Origin: the human T2T-CHM13v2.0 reference genome, Homo sapiens
Direction: 5' to 3' (one strand)
Length of the DNA: 64,000 nt
NCBI RefSeq assembly: GCF_009914755.1
Contig: NC_060933.1
The translations under genes were made by a program, and so were the position numbers. How positions within the stretch are numbered: position 1 is the stretch's first letter; each line of letters begins with the position of its first letter. Below the pieces are notes generated by a model. That model was not told where the DNA came from. It did not search any database and worked only from the letters and a program-made list of their open reading frames with translations. This document shows, piece after piece, positions 14,085 to 26,907 of the stretch.

Positions 14085-16960
14085 AGAATCAAATTTCTTG
14101 CAACCCTAGCAAAAGTGGCCTCCCCAACCTCAGTGATAGCAGCCTCCCCAACCACACTGGTATAAGTATTTTCCCTTCCTCTGAGGGAATTAACTCTGCA
14201 TTGCTCGAGAAAGCAGTAATGACCTCCACTGCGGCAGTGGCTATGTAAGGCAATGTTGATTCTCCCCCCACCAGCCCCTTTGTTTCCAGACCTATAAGTA
14301 GACAAGAATCCCAGAAGGACCTTATAGGTGAGATACAAAGTGTTACCTGTGAGGAAGTGTATTCCACTCCCCCACCAAAAAAAATCTTTGGAATATATAC
14401 AAGCAGAAATCGGGCGAATATGTGTGGGAATGCCTATTAAGGGTATAGGATAATGGTGGAAGGAACATAAAGATTGAACAGGCCAAATTATTGATATATT
14501 GGCCCACTAAACAGGAATTATTTTTTATTGTTGCTGCTCATGGAGTTAGAAAGGTCTCTAGCAGTATGGTTAGTTTGCTGAAACATACATCAAAATGGTC
14601 CACCATGAGTGAATTGGAGATGTTGAACCTCTCTTGGTTTCATGCAGAGGAAGGCATTCAAAGATCATTGAAGCGTTAGAGTGGATTTGTCATTTAAGAC
14701 CTACCCTCCCACACTGGGAAGGTCCAGAAGGCATGTCTTTCACCAATACTTTTAGAAAGGAATGTGAGGAGAGCACTAGCCAGCATCTGCCAAGAGGTCT
14801 GCAATCGCTCTCTTTTCTGTATGCTAGAACTGTAGCTACTGAAATGGAAAATCTTAATGCAATGGAACTTTTTGTGTCCTGGGGGTGGCAGGGGCCAAGC
14901 AGCACTACTCAATTGCCAGGGGCAAGGTGGGTATAGTTACAGTAATGGATGTCAGAGTCAAAGCAGCATTCAGAATAGCCTGACTCATGTGGATGTATGG
15001 TGTTGGCTTATTAACTGTGGTAGTCCTAGAAGTGAAACAGATAGGAAGTCTGCTAAATTCATACTTATCTAGATAAGCAGAAAAGTTCCAGGTCAAGTGA
15101 ACAAAAATATAACTCAACCATAAAAACAGAGAGTGAAGGCCTCTCAATCAATTCCCACGCTTAAACTTTTCTCTCTAAATCAACCCTTTTGCCTTCATGG
15201 AAGAATCCCCTATTTTACAGATCCAGAACATGTTTAAGGAAAGCGAGGACAGATCTCCTTGAGAAACAAACTTAATATATGTTACTGAGGCCTGACACTG
15301 TTAATTTTCCTTCTAACTTTTCCCAAAGGTTCATATAGCCTTCTACTACAGTAACTAAACATAGGGAAAAGAAAATAATCAGATCTTTTGGGAACTACTG
15401 GACACTGCCTCTGAACACTGAATCTAGGAGACCCAAAACGTTACTGTGACTTTCTACTTAGAGTAGGAACTTATGATGGTCAGGTGATCACTGGAGTTTT
15501 AACTCAGGCCCATTTCACAGTGGGTCCCCATACCCACTCTGGTTATTTCCACAGTCACAGATGCATAATTGCAACAGACATATTTAGCAGCTGGCAGAAT
15601 ACCACATGGGTTCCCTGACTTGTGGAGTGAGAACCATTATAGTGAGAAAGGCCAAGTGGAAGCCATTAGAACTGCCTCTACCTAGGAAACTAGTGAATCA
15701 AAAACAATACTGTATTCCTGGAGGAATTGTAGAGATTAGTGCCACTCTCAAGGACTTAATGTAGCGATGGTGATTCCTACCACCTACACATTCGACTTTC
15801 CTATTTGCTTTATGCAGATGACAACCTCTTGGAGAATTCTGGATTATCATAAGCTTAACCAAATAGCGATTCCAATTGCTGTCACTATAGCCAATGTGGT
15901 TTCATTGCTTAAGCATTTTAACACATTGCGTGGTACCTGGAATGTGGTTATTGATCTGAAAAATGCCTTTTTCTTTATCTCTGTCCATTAAGATCCACCG
16001 GAAGCAGTGCACTTTCAGTTAGCAAGGACAGCAATGCCTTCACTGTCCTTCCTCAAGGGTATATTAATTTTCTAGCTGTAGTTCATAATTCAGTTCATAG
16101 GGATCTTGATTCCCTCTCCATTCTACCAGATATCACACCAGTCCATTATATTTATGATATTATGCTGATTGGTAAGACATTTGAATATCATAGAGTGACT
16201 AAATTCAGGGACCTTTCATCACAGTGAAATTTCTAGGGATCCAGTAGTATCAGGGATGTCAAGATATCCCTTCTAGAGTGAATAATAAGTTGTTGTATCC
16301 TCTCTACAACCAAGAAAGAGGCAGAACACCTAGTGGCCTATCTGGTTTTCAGAAGTGCCATATGCCTTATTTGAATGTGTTTCTCCATCCCATTTACCAA
16401 ATGACCCAAAAAGCTGCTAGTTTTTTGAGTGGGGCCTATACGAAGAGAAAGCTCTGCAGCTCATTTAGGCTGCTGCATAAGCAGGTCTGCCACTTAGGCC
16501 ATATGATCCAGCAGATCCAATGGTGTTTGAAGTGTTAGTGACAGATAGAGATGCTCCTTGGAGCCTTTGGTAGGACTCTGTATGTGAATCACAGTGAAGG
16601 CCTCTAGGATTTTGGAGCAAGATCCTGACATCATCTGTAAATAACTATTCTCCTTTTGAGAGACAGCTCTTAGCTTGCTACCGGGCCTTAGTAGAAGCTG
16701 AACATTTGACTATGGGCCATATATTTACCATGCAACCTGATCTACCTACTGTGAACTATATGGTAACTGACCCACCAAGCCATAGAGTCTGGGGTGCATA
16801 ACAATAGTCCATCACTCAATGCAAGAGATACATGATCGGTCCTGAAGAAGCCCCAACTGCACAAATAAATTATATGAAGAAGTGGCCCAAGTGCCTGTAG
16901 TTTCCAGTCCTGCTACACTGCATCTTCTCTCTAAGTCAACCCCTATGGTTTCATGGAGGA
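14085..16960 (+). mobile_element. ERVL (HERV-L/MLT2-int-related) internal fragment: defective gag-pro-pol
   Basis: Gag KQKSGEYVWECLLRV*DNGGRNIK at 14401; protease LLDTASE at 15395; RT 'SWRILDYHKLNQ…IDLKNAFFFISVH' (ORF 15767-15991); VHYIYDIMLIG at 16141; 'FWSK…NYSPFERQLLACY' at ~16610; many stops and frameshifts. Confidence 0.93.
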
Positions 16961-18849
16961 ATCTCCTATTTTTGTTTTGTTTTATTTTATTCTGTATATT
17001 TCTCATTGGTGCCAGAAGAATAAAATTCCTTAACAATTGTATTATTCCTCTGCCATCCCTTTTGTTTATTTCTCCAACTTAAATTCTGCTAGTAGGTAAG
17101 CACTTTATTCAAAATATTATGGAAGTTATTTTGGGGATTGCATTGCTTTCATTAAATTTGGTTGCATTTTCCACTCACTTGCTGTCTGAACATGTGATAA
17201 ACCAAATAATAGAGCATAATAACTGTGTTTATTTTATATTGTATGTCTTTATTATATAGCCATATTGACATATGCCCTATTACGTTTCAAATAAATAAGA
17301 GGGATGATATAGAGATGTTCAAGGGTAAAATAATTAACTTCGTGTATAAGAGTAATAAGTAGAATATTCAATTTATTAAATTTTCAAACCCTCTTATGTG
17401 TTAATTTCCTCATACACTAGAATGTTCTAACTTTTTAGTAACATTCTGATAAAAGGAAATAATCCTCTTTGCCATATGGAAACAGTAGAGACAAACATCA
17501 TAGTTTGTGGTGAATATAATATTTTTCTAGTGTCCATTCAACCCAAGAAAAGCTTGTATCAATCCTTTTTGTAGGACAATGTTTTAATAATAGTGTAAAA
17601 TGTTTACCATAGACTCTAAAAATGTTGAAGAACCAAATTCTAATTCTCATTCTATATAATAAGCATTTTAAATTCTGTTTTGTTATCTTGCATAATAGCA
17701 TATAATAGTATATAATAGTAACATTTTCTGAGTACACACATATAGAATGAGTAAAAATCAAGTTACATCATATAACTGAGTATATTTTCAGCTTCATTAA
17801 AAATTTGATGGGCTCTGTAAGAAAACTTACGATGCATTTTACTATTTAACTTTCACAACCTTCGTCATCTTTAAACATAGGAAAGAGGCCAAGATAGGCA
17901 AAATAACCTGTATAATTGCAAATCTGTAATTCAAGTCCAGTTAATATAATTCATATCCCACTGCACTTGCTATTACATACTTGTATTTGTAATCCACTTC
18001 ACAATCTACAATTTGTTTTTACTAGCTTTAATTTTCAAAGCAGGTTTGTAAGATGAGTGAAGCTGCCATTATTTCAACCTTTAGGATTTCAGCAAAGTCA
18101 GGGTCATATAGCAAAATTATGGAGTAAGAAAATGAACAAAACCTTTTTATAACAAATTCAGTGTCTTCTAGATTATAAGAAAGACTCTCCATCATTCCTC
18201 CTTCACTTGTTTTATTTCCTTTCCTTATTCCTCTAGCACATTGTTTTCTTCCTCCCCTACCTACCACCTATTTTTAGTGCCAAATGTGCCGTATTTAGCT
18301 TTTCTCTTTTATGGAAAAGAAAATGGACTTCAAACTGGACAAGATAGGAAAAACAATAGTAAGTGAATATAGAAGCTCAAGTATGAGAGAAAATAATAAA
18401 AGTTAACCTTGCACTTTTAATAAGCCCTAGTCATTAGCTCCAGTTGAACTAAAGGATAACATTATAAAAGTTGGAGTTAGATGTGCAAATGATTATACCC
18501 AGTTGCTTGAATGTAGTTCAAAAAATTGATTAAAAGACTTCCCTCATTCCAGAAGAAGAGCAGAGAATTCTGGTCATCAGCCTTTCTTTCTCTGATTTGG
18601 ATACAATTTTAAATTGTTTGACAAATGTGTATTTGTATACTCCAGAGCAGAAATAAATACTTTTATCTACTGGGAATATTAATACACATACTACTCAAAT
18701 ATAAAACAAATCATAGAAAAATGCAAAGTTTTATACTTATGTAGCCAAAGATGATATATAAGTTCAGAATAGGAATACCAGTTGGAAGCTTCTTTTATAA
18801 TTATATTTTACTAGGAATAGCCAGAGTTCCTACTGACATGAATAATTAA

Positions 18850-18945
18850 ATCATTCATTTATTCATTCATCAAATATTTATTTGTGACTGTTATGTACCA
18901 GACACTGTCTAGGCACTGGGGATATCAATGAACAAAGGCAAAGCT
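18850..18945 (-). mobile_element. L2 3' end
   Basis: 'cattcatttattcattcatcaaatattt…tatgtaccagacactgtctaggcactgggga'. Confidence 0.8.
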
Positions 18946-19237
18946 ATTTACATAATAAAATAATATTAGATGATTATATTACTTTTCTATTCAAGAAAGG
19001 TTTTCTCCAGAAAATATTAAATGAGACTTTTAGAAATATGTTTTATTTAAATAACTAATAGTGTGAAAGTGGATTTCTCAATGAATATAAATACCTAGGT
19101 GAAATTAAGCAGTAGTCTTTTCTGTATTATTGAAAATTTGAACAGAAGTTATTTTGGACTAAATGTGTTTTGGGGAGGAAATTTACTTGTTCTTTTTAAC
19201 CTCATTTTTTGGTCAGTATCACATTTGGCAATAGAAA

Positions 19238-19485
19238 GTATTATAGCTTAGTGGAAAATAAGTCATATTCTGGAGTCTTCCAGACTTGGTCCAAATTCCA
19301 GTCTTGTCACAGAGCTAGTATATGACCTTGATTACTCAATATTTCTATATCTTAGTTTCTTATTCATAAACTGAGTTAATTATAGAACATATTTCACTAC
19401 ATTGTTATGAGTATTAAATGAGACATTACATTTACAATATGGGGGTAATATTAAAACTAAAAATACCACTATTATTGTTATTATT
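19238..19485 (+). mobile_element. MIR SINE
   Basis: 'tctggagtc…aaattccagtctt…tgaccttg…cttagtttcttattcataaa…ttgttatgagtattaaatgaga'. Confidence 0.75.
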
Positions 19486-20959
19486 TCAGACTGAATATTA
19501 AGTTGAACGTGTACTTGAATCTAGGGTAAATTAAATAGAGCTAGCTATGTGTAAGAAGTAAATGATTTAGAACACAGTTTTACTAGATCATATGATAACG
19601 TTGTCTCAAGTGTATATAACAGAGTCTATCAGTGCAGTGAATTAGTCTTTCAATGACACAGTTCTAAAAGTTGACCAACTGAAACACGGAGTAATCACAG
19701 TGCCTTTCCAAACATTGTAAGATATTTATATACTATAAAACAGACAGTTCCTTAATTATGCCAACAACTTTGATACTATTTTGAATTTCCTATCTTAAGT
19801 GTGCTGACACAAATGCTTAGCATGATGCTGGGAAGAGAAATGATAGAGGACAACTGTCATATGCACCTTACCTGGGCTAAGGCATATTCCTAATAGTAGA
19901 TGAGCCCATGCATACAGTAGGTAGCTCCTGAAGGGTGAGGAGAAAGATCAGATGAACATGTAAACTCATAAAGCACTATGAAGCATATTTTGATGTCTTT
20001 AAACTTATATTTGAAAATTGTTATTTTTATTGTGGAATAGGGATGTACAGCAGAAATGGAGGGAAAGGCTTCTTAGAGTGAAAAAAAGCAATTTCTAAAG
20101 AAAAATATAATTTAGAGGGTATCATTTAATTTCAGTAATTCTCTTGGTTAAATCACTCTTTGTAAAATATTTGCAAACTAAAGCTTCTTATATTATTTCT
20201 ATTGAGAAAGAGTTTTCAAGCTCACAAATGTCTTATAAATGAAATTGTGATACACAGCCCTTTTATATGTTGAAACTGCTTACATACTGCCAGTGAGTTT
20301 TAAATAGCAATGAGTCCAGCTTACTCACACAATAAAAAGCTGTCTTTTATGTTCTCTTAATTAGAGTTCAGGTTATTCTCTTGATACTTAAAATTATGGA
20401 TAATACTTGTACTAGGAAAGCCATAATGAATTTCTGATGATGGTTAAGAGTATGGGATCTTGGGAGTAGTTGCCCTCAGCAAGAAAACCAAAATTTTTTG
20501 TCTGTAAATAGACTAACATAATTTTGTGTTCTTCATGGTATTATCACTAACTGATAATAAAACCTTATTAGAGATTCACAGATGAACATTTTAAAAGACA
20601 TCATGATTTTACATAACACCGTCACATTTTTGGTTTATTTATTTTTGTATAAGTATTTGCCAAGTACTTTTCATCTATCCCTTTTAATTATGGATAAAAT
20701 ATTTTGCCCTTAAAGAAGTGACTACAAGTTAGACAATGTTAGCAAAATTATGTTTTCTATTTGTTTTTCCTAGAAGAGTAAGGAGCTTCTTCATAATTTG
20801 ATCTTTTTTCCAAAACTAGACACTAGGTCATAAATGTACAGAATTACATTAGATCTGGAGGAGAAGGTAGACAATGTGGAAATTATGATCTAGACAATAA
20901 CATCATCTTCTCCTCAAGGAATATACTCTCAATACCTAATAGGTCTTGAGAGTGATGTG

Positions 20960-21300
20960 AAACTTGCTTTGTTCATTCAACACTTCGTTTTAGAGATCTA
21001 TCCATGTATAAGCTTTCAAATTTAGATAAACATCATTCATTTTACTTTCCACGTTGCATTTTGAATATATATAAAGCAATATTTTAATTCATGTTTTCAC
21101 TTATTAGACATTTGTGTTGTTTCCACTTTTTTTCTGATAGAAACCATACCTATGGGAGCATCCTAATACATATCTCTGGTATACATGTGTAGGAAATTTT
21201 TCTAGACAAAAATACAATTAGAAACAGAAGTGCAGGGTCTTCGAATTCTATTTAAAGTGGTTATAATAACATTAGCCATGACCTATCGTTAATTTCCTGT
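20960..21300 (-). mobile_element. Ancient L1 (L1ME-like) fragment interrupted by THE1; resumes at ~23572-23850
   Basis: 'gagatctatccatgt', 'gacatttgtgttgtttccacttttt', 'ggtatacatgtgtagga'. Confidence 0.65.
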
Positions 21301-21308
21301 TTATTCAT

Positions 21309-23566
21309 TGACATGGTCTGGCTCTGTGTCCCCACCCAAATCTCATCTTGAATTGTAATTCAAATTGTAAAGCCCATGTGTTGGGGGAGGGACCTCGTGG
21401 GAGGCAATAAGATTACGGAGGCAGTTTCCCCATGCTGTGCTCCTGAAAGTGAGTGAGTTCTCATGAGATCTGATGATTTTATAAGGGACTTTTCCCTCTG
21501 CCACCATGTGAAGAAGGATGTGTTTGCTTTCTCTTCTGCCATGGTTTTGAGTTTCCTGAGGCCTCCCCAGACATGTGGAACTGTGAGTCACTTAAACCTC
21601 TTTATTTTATAAATTACCCAGTCTCAGGTATTGTTTCATAGCAGCATGAAAATGAACTAATATGGTAAATTGGTACCAGGGGTGGGGCACTGCTATAAAG
21701 GTACTAAAAAATGTAGAAGGCAACTTTGGAACTAGGTAACAGGCAGAGATGGAACAGTTTGGATGGCTCAAAAAAAAAGACAGGAAAACGTGGAAAAATT
21801 TGGAACTTCCTAGAGATTTGTTGAATGGCTTTGACCAAATGCTGATAGTGATATGGACAATGAAGTCCAGGCTGAAGTGGTCTCAGTTGGAGATGAGGAA
21901 CTCGTTGGGAACTGGAGCAAAGGTCACTCTTGCTATGCTTTAGCAAAGAGACTGGAGGCATTTTGCGCCTGCCCTAGAAATTTGTGGAATTTTGAACTTG
22001 AGAGAGATGATTTAGTATATCTGGCAGAGAAAATTCCTAAAGAGCAAAGTGTTCGAGAAGAAGCAGAGCATAAATGTTTGAAAAATTTGCAGCCTCTGTT
22101 AATGTGATAGAAAAAGAAAAACTCATTTTCTGAGGAGAAATTCAAGCTGGCTGCAGAAGATTGCATAAATAATGAAGAGCTGAATGTTAATCATCAAGAC
22201 AATGGGGAAAATGTCTCCAGGACGTGTCACAGACCTTCAGGGCAGCCCCTTCTATCACAGGCTCAGAGGCTTAGAAGGGAAAAATGGTTTCCTGGGCTGG
22301 GTCCAGGGCCCCCCTGCTCTGTTCAGCCTCATGGTATGGTTCCCTACATTCCAGCCATACCAGCCATGGCTGAAAGGGGCCAACATACAGCTAATGCTGT
22401 TGCTTCAGAGGGCAGAAGCTCCAAACCTTGGTGGCTTACATGTGCTGTTGGGCCTTCAAGTGCACGGAAGTAAACAACTGAGCTTTATTAACCTCTGCCT
22501 AGATTTTAGAGGATGTATGGAAATGCCTGGATATCCAGGCAGAAGTTTGCTGCAGGGGTGGAGCCCTTGTGGAGAACCTCTGCTAGGGCAGTGTGGAAGG
22601 GATATGGGGGTTGGAGCCCCAACACAAAGTCTCCACTGAGGCACTGTCTAGTGGATCTATGAGAAGAGGGCCACCATGTTCCAGGTCCTAGAATGGTAGC
22701 TCCACCAATTGCTTGCACTCGGCAGCAGAAAAGTCAGACACTCAACACCAGCCCATGAAAGTAGCCAGGAGTGGGGCTGTACCCTGTAAAGCCATAGAAG
22801 TGGAGGTGCACAAAGCCATGGTAAGCCACCTCTTGCATCAGCATGACATGGATGTGAGACATGGAATCAAAGGAGATCATCTTGGAAATTTAAGGTTTAA
22901 TGACTGCCCTATTGGATTTCAGGCTTACATGGGGCCTGTAGCAATTTTCCCATTTGGGATGGGTGCATTTATCCAAAGTCTGTACCCCCACTGTATCTAG
23001 AAAGTAACTAACTTGCTTTCAATTTTGTAGGCTTATAGGTGGAAGGGACTTGCCTTGTCTCAGATGAGACTATGGAATTGGACTTTAGGGTTAATGCTGA
23101 AATGAGTTAAGACTTTGGGGAACTGTTGGTCAGGCATAATTGCATTTTAAAATGTGAAAAAGATGAGATTTGGGAGGGGCGAGGGGCTAGGGGTGTAATG
23201 ATATGGTCTGGTTCTGCATCTCCACCCAAATTTCATCTTGAATTGTAATCCAAATTCTAATCCCCACATGTTGTGGGAGGAACCTTGTGAGAGGTGATTA
23301 GATTATGTGTGCAGTTACCCCATGCTGTGCTCATAATTTTGAGTGAGTTCTCATTAGATCTGATGATTTTGTAAGGGACTTTTCACCACTTTGCTCTGCA
23401 CTTCTCTCTCCTGCCACCATGTGAAGGATGTGTGTGCTTCCCATGACTGTAAGTTTCCTGAGGCCTCCCAAGCCATGCAGAACTGTGAGTCAATGAAATC
23501 TCTTTTCTTTATAAATTAGCCAGCCTTGAGTATTTCTTCATAGTATCATGAAAATGAACCAATACA
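21309..23566 (+). mobile_element. Complete THE1 (THE1C/D-like) MaLR element: LTR-internal-LTR
   Basis: 5' LTR 21309-~21664; internal region starting 'gtaaattggtaccag'; polypurine tract 23172-23193; 3' LTR 23199-23566; 5 bp TSD ttcat at 21304-21308 and 23567-23571. Confidence 0.96.
23295..23305 (-). promoter_or_regulatory. DUX4 consensus motif TAATCTAATCA in the THE1 3' LTR
   Basis: + strand 'tgattagatta'; the equivalent position in the 5' LTR reads 'caataagatta'. Motif match only, no functional data. Confidence 0.55.
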
Positions 23567-24922
23567 TTCATATTCTGATGATAATTGATACAGTTAAACT
23601 TTTTGACTATCCCTAATGAAATTCATCTAACACTATCACATTGTTGGTTCAATTAGCATTTTCTTGATTACCAGTGATACAAAATTTTTATTTATTTTAT
23701 ATTTATAAAATATTATAATTTGTATAATATTTTATTTTTAATGGCAATTTGTTTTTCTTTTGGAAATTGAACACTTGCAGTATTCTTCAGGTATTGAAGT
23801 CTTAGTTATTTATTGGTAATATGTATAAATTCCTTATACATACATACCAATTTTGTGCTTGGAAACCTGTTTCCTGTAACTTCATCTACCCCATCTTGTG
23901 ATCTTACACCATTGTCCTCCCATGTGCATATTTAGAATCAGTTTGTCTAATTACAGAAGTAATCACATCTTAAAGAGTAAAATGGGAAAATGTGAAATGA
24001 TTACTGATGTATCCATAAATCATAGGGATATTTTGATATCATTCACACTAAAGGTTATAAGACAAACCTATGCTAAAATAAAAAGGAGGACAGATAATAA
24101 GTATTTTAGCTTTTCAAGCCACACGTCTCTGTTTTTTGTTAATTAAGATGATTTTTAAAAAATAAAATAGACACATGTATTTAACTATGTAAAAATGCCA
24201 TTAAAAGACACTTCAATTATGATACTGCAAAAAAAATCACTGAATAAAATGTTAAATAAATAATATTACAGTCTGAGTGCTTTTGAGTTGTAGGAAAACA
24301 CATTTTCTGATGTAATATATATTGTTAAACTACAAATTTCACAGTGTATAATCAGTTATGTGGAATTTGCCTGAATTTTGAAGTCTGAAAGTTCACTAAT
24401 CAATAAATATTAGTAAGATTAGCCTGGTTTTTCTCTAACTTGTATAGGCTGAACACAGCTTATTTTTTTTTAAATTCTCATACAAAAATTACAGTTATCC
24501 TAAGATTGATGACATACATGAAAACTCTAAGGCTAGAAGGAGGAAACACTGCATTGAAAATAGGTTTTTGAAAGAGAAGGTGGTTTGCATTAGTCATGTG
24601 CAATTAAACCAGTGTTAAAATCAAAGTACAATCAATGCCAGGAGTCCAGCCCTGTTTATCTATGAGTTAGTGATGCATGAGATAGGATATTCAAGGTGGT
24701 AATGTGAAATGTAACCATGTGAAAAAAGCCAAGATCACTCATAAGGAGCTTCTAGTGATTTAAAGTATAGTACATTCTACTATGGAATTCTAATGTAGTT
24801 ATTTTACCCATACTACCAATGGTACTTATATTAGAGCTTTTTTTAATTTCATGGGTCAAATTCAAATATGGTCCTATGTGTTCACAGTAGTTTCACTCAA
24901 CATTAAAAATATAACTTGGAAA

Positions 24923-24967
24923 CACTGTTGATTATTTTGATCACTGTGGATTATTTTGATCACTGTG
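24923..24967. repeat. 19 bp perfect tandem duplication
   Basis: gattattttgatcactgtg at 24930-24948 and 24949-24967, preceded by partial 'cactgtt'. Confidence 0.95.
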
Positions 24968-25884
24968 TATTGTCATACAGATGCTGCTCAAGGCTGCCCA
25001 ACTGAGGAAGAGAGCCAGTGCTGAAATTCAGCCCAAGTTGTTTGCCAAGCCCATACCCAGGCACAAGGCTGTACAAGCTAAAAAAAAATGCCTTTCTTAT
25101 AATCCCACAAAAATAAAATATAAACTAATGCTGGCCTGATTTAGCTTTTCTCATGATCATCATTATATCATGATCTCCTTACAGTATTAAAGGTCAATAC
25201 AATAGCATAAAGAAAATACGCAATTGCAAAGTCCAGAATACCAAAACTGTGACGTAAGTTAATTAGCACCCTCTGGAACAGGATGTAATCTTAAAAATGC
25301 CAGATCACTTAACTTTCTAGGCCACATTTCAAATTAATTTGCTTTGTAGGTTAATCTCGATATTCCACCAACAACTTAATCCAGTAGAATTAAAACCAAA
25401 TTTATAATCTATTTACCCCAATATGCTTCTCCTCCTAGCATTTTGTTTAAATGATCTCATTTTATATCAAACAACTTAATAGTCCATTAGTATCACTTAC
25501 TCTTTCCTGTCACATTTATTTGATATTTGACCAGAACACCATTTCTTAGAGCCTCCTTCATCTAATTCTTTACATGCCTTCCTACTACTTACTATTTCAG
25601 GTATACAGCTCTGATTTTGTCATTCTCCAGGTGAAATGCCTTTGATAGCTCTTTGTTCCCAGCACAATTACTTTGTAACTACTTGCCCTGATATTCAGTC
25701 ATCCATAAACTGCTGCAACCTACCATGTTAATCTTTACCTTCCAGGATTTACTTTACGTAAGCTGTTTTGCCCCATAGATGTCTCCTGTGAAAAACATCT
25801 TACTGAAAAAGTTTAACACCAATACACTTCACTGAATTCCCAGATTCTTTCATTTACTTAAAAAAATCCAGCTTATATATCTAG

Positions 25885-26875
25885 TACAATTTACCAGTTT
25901 AAAATATATAATTCATTGGTTTTTAGTATATTCAGAATTCAATTTTGGAACATTTAATCTTACAAAAAAAAAACCCTTATACCTATTATTAATAACTCCT
26001 CATTTCTGCCTAATCTTCCATTCCGAGGCAATTACTAATAGATCATCTGTCTCTACAGACTTGTCTATCCTGGACACTTCAAATAAATAGAAGAATTCAA
26101 TATGTGGTCTTTGTGACTGGCCTCTTACCCTTAGCCTACTGTTTTTAAGGTTCTATCCATGACGTACTTTAACATACTGTAGCATATATTAGTACTTCAC
26201 TTCTTTTTCATTGCTCAATAGTATTCCATTATATGGATATACTACATTTCATTGATCTGTTTATTTATCTAAATATTTGGGTTGTTTCTGATTACAGGCT
26301 ATTATGAATAATGTTACCAATAACATTTCTGTAAAAGTTTTTGGTAGGTATGTGTTGTCATTTCTCTTAATAGTATACCTAGGAATGGAATTGATGGCTC
26401 ATATTCTAACACCAGGTAGAAATTTTTGAGGGACTGACAGTTTCCTAAGGTGGCTGTACCATTTTACATTCCTGTCAGTAGTGTATCAGCATTCCAATTC
26501 TTCCACATCCTTGTTAACACTTGCTATTATCTGACCTTTGTTGTTGTTTGCTTGTTTTTTGAGACAAAGTCTTGATGTGTTGCCTAGCCTGGAGTGCAGT
26601 GGTGCAAACTTAGCTCACTGCAACCGCCACTTCCTAGGCTCAAACAATCCTCCCACCTCAGCCTTCTTAGGTGCTAGGAATACAGGCACTCGCCATCACT
26701 CCTGGCTATTTATTTTCCTTTGTATTTATTTAGAGACGGGCTTTTGCCATATTGCCTAGGCTGGTCTCAAACTCCTGGGCTCAAGCAATCCTCACATCTT
26801 GGCCTCCCAAAGTGCTGGGATTACAGGTGTGAGCCACCATGCCTGGCCTGACTTTTTGATTATAGCCATCCTATG
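25885..26875 (-). mobile_element. L1MB-like 3' end interrupted by an Alu
   Basis: 'ctgtctctacagacttgtctatcctggacacttc', 'atacctaggaatggaattg', 'ggctgtaccattttacattcc'; resumes 'tttttgattatagccatccta' after the Alu. Confidence 0.85.
26538..26848 (-). mobile_element. Alu (AluJ)
   Basis: Antisense Alu 'ctcctgggctcaagcaatcctc…gagccaccatgcctggcc'. Confidence 0.95.
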
Positions 26876-26907
26876 TATCTGATTCCCACCTACTGATTTA
26901 CCAACTC

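Noticed and set aside
18028-18267. 79 aa minus-strand ORF in apparently unique DNA
   Set aside because: It has a non-ATG start, no recognisable homology and no clear exon boundaries.
21704-23000. Cluster of ORFs up to 151 aa
   Set aside because: These are broken frames of the THE1 internal region.
23462-23476. PRDM9 hotspot motif in the THE1 LTRs
   Set aside because: The site reads cctcccaagccat (3' LTR) and cctccccagacat (5' LTR), which mismatch CCNCCNTNNCCNC at key positions.
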